DNA of 64,000 nt from an uncultured virus (IMG/VR IMGVR_UViG_3300022562_001918) (lineage: Duplodnaviria; Heunggongvirae; Uroviricota; Caudoviricetes), in the IMG/VR virus record IMGVR_UViG_3300022562_001918; one strand, written 5' to 3'. Position numbers and translations under genes: made by a program. The stretch's first letter is position 1. Each line of letters begins with the position of its first letter. This document shows positions 57,629 to 64,000 of the stretch, in pieces. The notes beneath the pieces were generated by a model. The model ran no database searches, was not told the DNA's origin, and saw nothing but the letters and a program-made list of their open reading frames with translations.

Positions 57629-58015
57629 ATGAAGAAAAAAATAAATCCCATCAAGTTCACTGCACTTGTCTGCAAAGAGCCCGAAGGAATCAGTGCTGAA
57701 ATCGAGACCGATGCCGGCCTTGTCAAAACCATCTGCAACCTACTCGAGAGAACAATGAAAACTCACTCGATCGAGGGTGCTTTGATGGTTGATGTCACGG
57801 GTGAGCAAAACCTCACGGTCAGAAGTGCTCTTCCCTACGAACTCTTCAAGACTCTGCTCCGCGAGCCTGATGAGGACAAAAACAAACTTCGAGAAGAAGT
57901 GAAAGCGATCAACTGGAGTGTTGGCCCATCCGAGTCCTATATCTCACTTGAGTTCCACGAAGAACTCGAGGGTTTTAAGGGACGCATGGAAGGAATCAAC
58001 ACAATATTTGATTGA
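57629..58015 (+). CDS. Small early protein (probably leaderless)
   Basis: ATG 6 nt after the promoter. Confidence 0.7.
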   Translation: MKKKINPIKFTALVCKEPEGISAEIETDAGLVKTICNLLERTMKTHSIEGALMVDVTGEQNLTVRSALPYELFKTLLREPDEDKNKLREEVKAINWSVGPSESYISLEFHEELEGFKGRMEGINTIFD

Positions 58016-58021
58016 TTACAC

Positions 58022-58075
58022 GCGCCTCACGGCGCTTTTTTAGCTATCAGCTCAGTCCGTGAAATCTGGCATAAG
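58022..58075 (+). promoter_or_regulatory. Terminator plus promoter CAGT-N11-GGCATAAG
   Basis: About 40 bp near-identical to 57583-57622. Confidence 0.85.
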
Positions 58076-58081
58076 ATTGGT

Positions 58082-58546
58082 ATGAAGGAAAACACAATTA
58101 CCGTACCGATCACTGGACCCGACAAAATCTACAACGTGGAAATCACGTTGCCCGACGACCCGGCGAAAGCGAAAGCTGTTCGAGAATACTACGCACAATC
58201 CGAGGCCTTCGATGACATGAACCGAATGAACCGGCTCATGGCGCCCGAAACCTTCGAGGAATACGCCAGGTGGTCCATCTCTGAAATCGAGAAGAACAAA
58301 GAGCTCTTCACCAGCATTTTTGCTCATCCGAGCATGGATGTACTGAAGAGCTTTGTCGACATGTCTCGAGACAACATGGAGAAGGTCCTCGGCTACGTCC
58401 ACGAAGACTTTCGGAGGCGCTACGAGACGCTCATGACAGAAGTCATCGAAGAGCTGGAAAACTGCGAAAGCCTCGAAGAGTTCTTCGCCATCTACCTGGG
58501 TATGACGGCTCGAATGAAACTCGAGTTTCCAGAGGTCAATCAGTAA
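58082..58546 (+). CDS. Small early protein (probably leaderless)
   Basis: ATG 6 nt after the promoter. Confidence 0.7.
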   Translation: MKENTITVPITGPDKIYNVEITLPDDPAKAKAVREYYAQSEAFDDMNRMNRLMAPETFEEYARWSISEIEKNKELFTSIFAHPSMDVLKSFVDMSRDNMEKVLGYVHEDFRRRYETLMTEVIEELENCESLEEFFAIYLGMTARMKLEFPEVNQ

Positions 58547-58555
58547 CCCCTTCGG

Positions 58556-58642
58556 TCACACACCACACCTAGCACGCCCGCTATGCCTACCAGTTCCGCT
58601 GGAGGTCGGGCCACTGCTCTCGTGGTGTGTGGCTTTTTTAGC
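58556..58642 (+). terminator. Extended nested hairpin ending T6-AGC
   Basis: GTCACACACCAC...GTGGTGTGTGGC closing stem with inner helices. Confidence 0.6.
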
Positions 58643-58682
58643 CATCACCTGTCCACAGGAAAAGTCATGGCAGAAGGCTTGT

Positions 58683-59177
58683 ATGACCCCCATCGAACGC
58701 CTCAAAGGCTTCACCGAGCTCCACGGTGGAATCATGGCCTTCACTCGCGAAACAAAGTTCTTCAACTGCCCGTTCAGTAGTGACGTCGGAATCGAGTGGA
58801 GGTCTCAAATCCTTTTCGTCCGCTCAGACTCAAGGCCAAGCGACAAATTGTTCGCCAACATGATCCACGAGCTCGGCCACCTTCTTGCCGCCGACAAACC
58901 TCCTGGGCCGAACTGCGATGAGCTCATGTTTCTTGGATGGGAAACTCTCGTTGCAAAGCAAGTCATCGGCTGGGACTTAAAACGATGGCAGACAGCGGTC
59001 GGTGACTACAGCCTCGAGCCTGGAGTCGAACTTGAGAACCTTTCCCTTGAAGAGCTCAAAGAACGACAGAAGGAATGGGTCAACGAGGGAGAGGCCTACT
59101 ACAAAAACATCGTCGACGGCGAGCCCGTGTCGATTTGCAGGCCACAATCCATTCCAACCCAACTACTCACCCCATAG
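58683..59177 (+). CDS. HExxH-motif (metallopeptidase-like) protein
   Basis: MIHELGHLLA...DE. Confidence 0.55.
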   Translation: MTPIERLKGFTELHGGIMAFTRETKFFNCPFSSDVGIEWRSQILFVRSDSRPSDKLFANMIHELGHLLAADKPPGPNCDELMFLGWETLVAKQVIGWDLKRWQTAVGDYSLEPGVELENLSLEELKERQKEWVNEGEAYYKNIVDGEPVSICRPQSIPTQLLTP

Positions 59178-59317
59178 AGAACATCAGACCACCATTTGAT
59201 GCCGTCCGCATCTTGTGGTTGCTCGAGCCCGATACACAAGACCTCGTGGCTTGACTGATCAATTCACCAGGGTAGATGCTGGCCGTCTGCCCCAAGGAGT
59301 CCGCTTTGTCATTTGAT

Positions 59318-59854
59318 ATGAAGAAGTGGCTCGATGGTAACGTCGTGCCTCTCACTCAACGCGAACCAAAATCGAAAATCTACTCGTTCATCTGGAACGG
59401 CAATCCTCCCAGGGAGATCCTTGTTTGGCTTCTTGCGGGTCATCCGTCGGCAGGCGATGACTCGGAAGGAACTAGCGCGTCCGAGGAGGAAAAACCATTC
59501 AACCCACTCGACTGGCCGAATCTTGTCAAGCGACTCCTGGTTGAGGACGACTTCCGCTTCGACTACCTGCGTGAGCAGCAGATGGTCAAAATCGAAACCG
59601 GCATGATTCCCGTGTTTGGCGGCGATGGAGCCCCTCTCTTTGGAAAAGACGGCATGGCCTCCTCGAGGCTCTTCAAGGTCATGGACGATGGCATCCGCCT
59701 CATCCTGCAGGTCGGTTGCAAATACCCAGGCGAAAGCGGCATGAACCCAGGCCAGCATGCTTCGGCCGCCGTCAAAGGGTTCTTCGGCCTCTTCGACGAC
59801 GAAAACCCTCTCACTGTGTGCCAGAAGTACGCCGCGGTCTTCGGGCAAGCCTGA
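59318..59854 (+). CDS. Hypothetical protein
   Basis: ORF coupled (TGATG) to the next gene; start uncertain. Confidence 0.6.
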   Translation: MKKWLDGNVVPLTQREPKSKIYSFIWNGNPPREILVWLLAGHPSAGDDSEGTSASEEEKPFNPLDWPNLVKRLLVEDDFRFDYLREQQMVKIETGMIPVFGGDGAPLFGKDGMASSRLFKVMDDGIRLILQVGCKYPGESGMNPGQHASAAVKGFFGLFDDENPLTVCQKYAAVFGQA

Positions 59855-60399
59855 TGAGGCGCGCGCTGCAAATCGTCAGAGTGCTCCTGGCCCACGAACC
59901 AGAGCTCGGCCTCGCTCCAAACTACAACCCCCCAGACGACCTGCTCGCCGCCCGCAAGCGATACTTCGAGCTCGCCCAGATTCCACCTCGACCTCACTTT
60001 TGGTCTGACGACTCGTGGCGCTTCGAGCACTGGGAGTGGAATGGGCCAAGGCGTTCGGATGGACAGCCGTACATTCACGTAAATAGGCGAGATCTGTCAG
60101 TCCACCAGTTTCTATGGCTCATGGACAACGGACCCATCCCCGAGGGCCTATTCGCCAAGCCGGCCTGCGGAAACCGTGACTGCGTGAGCATGCATCACGT
60201 CCGGCTCAGGCCGCGGCGCGGACAACTCCTTCGGCATGACGAGAAGACCATCTTGGACTTGTTCCGCCAGGAGCACCTGGGTCTGTCGGTGAAACAGATC
60301 GGGGACCTTTTCGGAGTCACCGAGCGCCGAGTCCTCGAAGCGTTAGAGGCGCAGGCTGGGCAATTTATCCACACGGAAAATCATGAGCTGGCAGGCTGA
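59854..60399 (+). CDS. Degenerate HNH-endonuclease-like protein with C-terminal HTH
   Basis: SVHQFLWLMDNGPIPEGL...CGNRDCVSMHHV, then GLSVKQIGDLFGVTERRV. Confidence 0.55.
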   Translation: MRRALQIVRVLLAHEPELGLAPNYNPPDDLLAARKRYFELAQIPPRPHFWSDDSWRFEHWEWNGPRRSDGQPYIHVNRRDLSVHQFLWLMDNGPIPEGLFAKPACGNRDCVSMHHVRLRPRRGQLLRHDEKTILDLFRQEHLGLSVKQIGDLFGVTERRVLEALEAQAGQFIHTENHELAG

Positions 60400-60798
60400 A
60401 AAACGAGCCATTTTGGAGAGGTCAGCCTGCGTCAATCTGCCACGGGTTACATGTCGGTGTATGTCTGTTCTATGGTCACACGTAGGGAAACAAGCTCAGA
60501 TGTCTGATGATGTAATAAAAGTGTGATTGTGCTGTTTGTCACATCGCCGAATCTGTAAGTGGTTGAAGGCTCGTTCGAGACTGACAGAAAAAGTCTACAC
60601 ACCCACCCAGAATCAAGCTCCCCTGTCTCTTCTCTCTCTTCCGAAAGAGACACCCGCTAGCAAAAACACCTGGGTGTGTACACTTTTCGGTATTCGACAC
60701 ATTCATCCTCCCCCCTCTCTCTTTCTCTCAAATTTTCAATATGGTTATCCACAATCATGTTCTTGAGTTATCCACAACCCATATGGCTCTGGCATAAG
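60365..60798. other. Putative replication origin / DnaA-box region
   Basis: TTATCCACA at 60365, 60745 and 60768; 17-bp inverted repeat; non-coding AT-richer tract; GGCATAAG at 60791. Confidence 0.6.
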
Positions 60799-60845
60799 GG
60801 CTGTAAGCCAAGTTCCTACCCCATTCACTGAAGAGGATTCCACGC

Positions 60846-63800
60846 ATGAGCCATTGGAAGGAGTATGGGTACGTCGACGCCCAGTTTGAGCACTCCGCCA
60901 GCAAGAAGAAGTCGAAGTGGGTTCGCGTTCAGGTGGAGGACGTGGACAAGAAGATCGTCGCGAAATCACAAGGCGCCAATTGCTTTGCGACTATCCAGCG
61001 ATTCAAGGACGCGACCTCCCTTCTCGAGCAGTCGAGGGAAGCTAAGACCGCGAAAAAGAATGGGCACGACCCTAGAGAGGCTCAGCGCCAGGCAGATTTC
61101 AGGGAAGGTGACGACCTCCCCTCTGACTGCCAGATGCGCTACCACGGACTGTTCTTTGATTTTGACTGTGACCACAAGAAGTTAGGGATCACCCGGGAGG
61201 AGGCGGTAGCCATCAGCAAGCGCGACTGCCTCAGGCTCGCGGAGTGGTTCCATGAGACGTTCGACCTCAACGAGGCGCACCTCCAGATCTGGTTCTCGGG
61301 TAACAAGGGGTTCCACCTCACCGTTCGCCCGGAGGTATTCGGCATCAAGCCGCACTACCACCTGACCTACATCGTTCGCTCCATTGCGTTCGAGCTGGCG
61401 GATGCCCTTGAGCTCGAGACCCTGGACCGGTCTGTCTACACCCGCCGGCGGATGTGGCGTATTGCCAACACCGTCAACCCGAAGTCGGGGAAGTTCAAGA
61501 TCGAGCTCTACATCCAGGAGCTCCGGCAGTGGAATTCGGAGAAGCTGCTCGAGCGCGCGTCCGAGCCAAGGGTCGAGACCTCGAACCGAGACCCGATGGC
61601 CTGGTCCCATCTCTGGGAAGCCATTGAATACAAAGACATTGCACCGGATGAGGAGGCGGTGAACTGGTACACCGAGCGGTTTGCGGCGTACGACGCCTAC
61701 AAAGATCTCAGGAACTTATCGCCAAGAAACCCCATTAGGACGATGGAGGAGGCTGGCACCAACGGTCTCGAAGGGGACAAGTACCCGGTGTGTATCAAGG
61801 ACCTGCTCGACAATGGGCCGAAGGAGGGAGGGCCAAACCGGAACCGCGTCATCCTGCCCATTGCTGGATTCTTTAGCGATGCTGGAATGGACAAGGCCTG
61901 GACGCTCAACAGGATGGCGGAGTGGACAGAGACTCACTATCCAGACCCGAGGGAGCTCAGCGACCGGCTGAACAACACGAAGAGCGTGGTGGAGTCGGCG
62001 TACCGTGGCCAGACACGGTTCTCGTGTCGGTTCATCCGCTCGTGTGGTGGTACGGGGGAGAAGGGTCGTGTGGCATGCGTGACGGAGAAGAACTGTCACT
62101 GGATCAAGTCACCCGAGGACCAGGAGCCAGCCCAGATTCCATTCATGCATCTCTCGGAGGCCTCGAAGGGTTGCTACAACGGCACGAAGATTCGCACGGC
62201 GATTCACGTTGCAACGATAGCGGGCAGGCCGTTTCAGCTGCCAATGGCTGGGCAGTTTCTCTGTGAGCCAGATCCATCGGCCAAGATCTGCGAGAAGTGC
62301 CCAAACCTAAAAGCTGGGGGGAATCTCAAATGGTCATTTGACTCCGAGGACCGAGATGTTCTGAACCTCGTCAACGTCAACGACAGCATCAAGAAAGGAA
62401 CCATCAAGAGCAAGGCTGGCATTCCACAGAAGTGCTACCGGGTATCTATCAACGTTGAGGATTATGGAAACGTCGAGGAGATTCAAGTCATCCCGATGGT
62501 CGACTACGCCAACGCATATGAAATGGATGCAGGCGAGGACGATGACACGATTGACGCAAGAGGAGCCAAGCATGTTGTTCGTCTGGCCTACTACATGGGT
62601 CATGGCATCGAGGCCAACAAGAAGTACCTGATTGAGCCGACAGTCTTTGGCCACCCAAGGGACCAGCGCGTCTGCTTTCTGTTCGACAAGGCTGAGCCCG
62701 CTCAGAACGACATCGACCAGTTCAAGATGACGGATGATCTAAAGGACAAGCTAAAGGTCTTTCAGCCAAGGATAAACCAAACCGTCGAAGAGAAGCTCAT
62801 CGAGATTCACCGAGACTTGACGGTCAACGTCCACAGGATTGGTGGCCGGTTCGATCTCTCCATCGGGGTCGACCTTTGTTACCACTCGGTCATTGGCTTT
62901 CGCTTTGCGGGCGATGACGTCCACAAGGGATGGTTCGAGCTCGTGGTGATTGGCGACACCTCAACAGGCAAGTCGACGCTTATCCAGCGCATGATGCGGC
63001 ACTTTGGCCTTGGGGAGCTCATCGCGGGTGAGCAAGCCAAGCGCACGGGTCTCATTTATGCCTCGGTTCAGGTGGCTGGCCAATGGGTGCTCATCTGGGG
63101 AAAGATTCCACAGAACGACAGGCGCCTACTGGTCATCGACGAGTTCTCAGGCATTCCAGGTGAGGAGGTATCCAAGATGACGCAGCTCCGCTCCGAGGGC
63201 AAAGCCCAAGGTGGTGGTGTCAACGCGCACTATGAGACCTTTGCTCGTGCCAGGATGATTCTCCTTACGAACCCTCGAGGGAACAAAGGCTCTCTCCAGG
63301 GATTCAACTACGGGGTTCAGGCGCTCGATCAGCTATTCGATGAGCGTGCTGACCTAAGGCGTGTCGACTTGGCCATGATCATGGAAGAGTCGGATGTCCC
63401 CAAGGAGATTGTCACCAAGCGCTGGGACAAGGTGGACCTGCCGCACATCTACACGGCAGATCTTTGTCGCAACCTGGTCTTGTGGGCCTGGTCTCGCAAT
63501 CCTCACCACGTCGAGTGGATGGAGGATGCAGAGTCTGAGGCGGTGTCCTGGGCCGACAGGCTAGGTGATACCTACGAGTGCGATTTGCCACTGGCGGTAA
63601 GGACGGACCTGAAGATCAAGATTGCCAGGGTGGCAACAGCGTGTGCAGCGAGGCTGTTCTCGACGGATGACGAGGCCAAGAAGGTCATCGTGAGAAAGGA
63701 GCATGTGGAGTTTGCGGCGAAGTTCATGGACCGCGCCTATCGCAAACCAGCGATGGCGTTCTTTGAGTACGCTCGCAAGTTCAAGATGGACAACCATTTC

Positions 63801-64000
63801 ACGGAGGAGAAGAAAGCAAACATCAGGCACACGCTGGAGAGCTATGGGGATGACCGGGACAGCATCGTGTCGGCGCTCCTTGACGTAGATCTGATTACAA
63901 AGCCCTTGTTCATCGACATGGTCAACATTGGTGATGACGAGTTCAGGAAGCTGTGGAAGTTCATGGTGGGCCACCGGCTGCTGAGAAAGACAGCCAGGGG
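60846..64000 (+). CDS. AEP primase - Cys-rich domain - MCM-type AAA+ helicase fusion (runs off the window)
   Basis: Not in the ORF track. GAGGA RBS, ATG 60846. AEP motifs FFDFD, FSGNKGFH, RMWR. MCM-like GDTSTGKS, LLVIDEF, LTNPRG, LRRVDL. Confidence 0.85.
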   Translation, partial: MSHWKEYGYVDAQFEHSASKKKSKWVRVQVEDVDKKIVAKSQGANCFATIQRFKDATSLLEQSREAKTAKKNGHDPREAQRQADFREGDDLPSDCQMRYHGLFFDFDCDHKKLGITREEAVAISKRDCLRLAEWFHETFDLNEAHLQIWFSGNKGFHLTVRPEVFGIKPHYHLTYIVRSIAFELADALELETLDRSVYTRRRMWRIANTVNPKSGKFKIELYIQELRQWNSEKLLERASEPRVETSNRDPMAWSHLWEAIEYKDIAPDEEAVNWYTERFAAYDAYKDLRNLSPRNPIRTMEEAGTNGLEGDKYPVCIKDLLDNGPKEGGPNRNRVILPIAGFFSDAGMDKAWTLNRMAEWTETHYPDPRELSDRLNNTKSVVESAYRGQTRFSCRFIRSCGGTGEKGRVACVTEKNCHWIKSPEDQEPAQIPFMHLSEASKGCYNGTKIRTAIHVATIAGRPFQLPMAGQFLCEPDPSAKICEKCPNLKAGGNLKWSFDSEDRDVLNLVNVNDSIKKGTIKSKAGIPQKCYRVSINVEDYGNVEEIQVIPMVDYANAYEMDAGEDDDTIDARGAKHVVRLAYYMGHGIEANKKYLIEPTVFGHPRDQRVCFLFDKAEPAQNDIDQFKMTDDLKDKLKVFQPRINQTVEEKLIEIHRDLTVNVHRIGGRFDLSIGVDLCYHSVIGFRFAGDDVHKGWFELVVIGDTSTGKSTLIQRMMRHFGLGELIAGEQAKRTGLIYASVQVAGQWVLIWGKIPQNDRRLLVIDEFSGIPGEEVSKMTQLRSEGKAQGGGVNAHYETFARARMILLTNPRGNKGSLQGFNYGVQALDQLFDERADLRRVDLAMIMEESDVPKEIVTKRWDKVDLPHIYTADLCRNLVLWAWSRNPHHVEWMEDAESEAVSWADRLGDTYECDLPLAVRTDLKIKIARVATACAARLFSTDDEAKKVIVRKEHVEFAAKFMDRAYRKPAMAFFEYARKFKMDNHFTEEKKANIRHTLESYGDDRDSIVSALLDVDLITKPLFIDMVNIGDDEFRKLWKFMVGHRLLRKTAR

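Noticed and set aside
57172..58075. Repeats as a CRISPR array or integron attC sites
   Set aside because: The spacers are whole genes of 300-450 bp, the repeats are terminator-promoter units, and no cas or integrase gene is in the window.
59854..60399. Active HNH homing endonuclease / mobile element
   Set aside because: Expected catalytic His/Asn positions look substituted (AKPAC, CVSMHH); more likely a degenerate DNA-binding protein.
60865..63974. Short ORFs listed across the last 3 kb
   Set aside because: Shadows of the incomplete primase-MCM ORF starting at 60846.
1..64000. Stop-codon recoding, tRNA genes, or a DGR/retron reverse transcriptase
   Set aside because: Genes tile densely under the standard code using all three stops. 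I saw no cloverleaf, YxDD RT motif or TR/VR pair by eye; tRNAscan was not run.

Overview
This window is a fragment of a large, GC-rich contractile-tailed (myovirus or jumbo-like) phage genome. I see no host housekeeping genes, integrase, tRNA or CRISPR array. Bases 1-22.8 kb are a minus-strand virion operon: tail assembly chaperone with a likely -1 frameshift, tape measure, tube-initiator/hub-like proteins, an embedded sigma-70-family factor, gp25-like and baseplate-J-like wedges, and fibre-like proteins. Bases 22.9-60.4 kb are mostly small plus-strand accessory genes (SNF2 helicase, two methyltransferase-like proteins, DUF6884, GrpE, RadC/JAB, receiver-like, MarR-like), interleaved with minus-strand genes (J-domain, RyR-domain, virion-like). 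The window ends in a putative origin with perfect DnaA boxes, followed by an AEP primase-MCM helicase fusion. The most unusual signals are: (1) at least 9 otherwise dissimilar, mostly basic proteins share an N-terminal leader, M..F..GF.DEL.K.A, and K-x-A sites recur inside polyproteins, suggesting a capsid-targeting and proteolytic-maturation system that loads cargo (including a kinase-like enzyme) into the virion; (2) a repeated early expression cassette: hairpin-TTTTTAGC terminator, then a CA(G/C)T-N11-GGCATAAG promoter, often with a leaderless ATGAAG start; (3) several candidate structured ncRNAs. All functional calls come from reading motifs by eye; no database searches were run.
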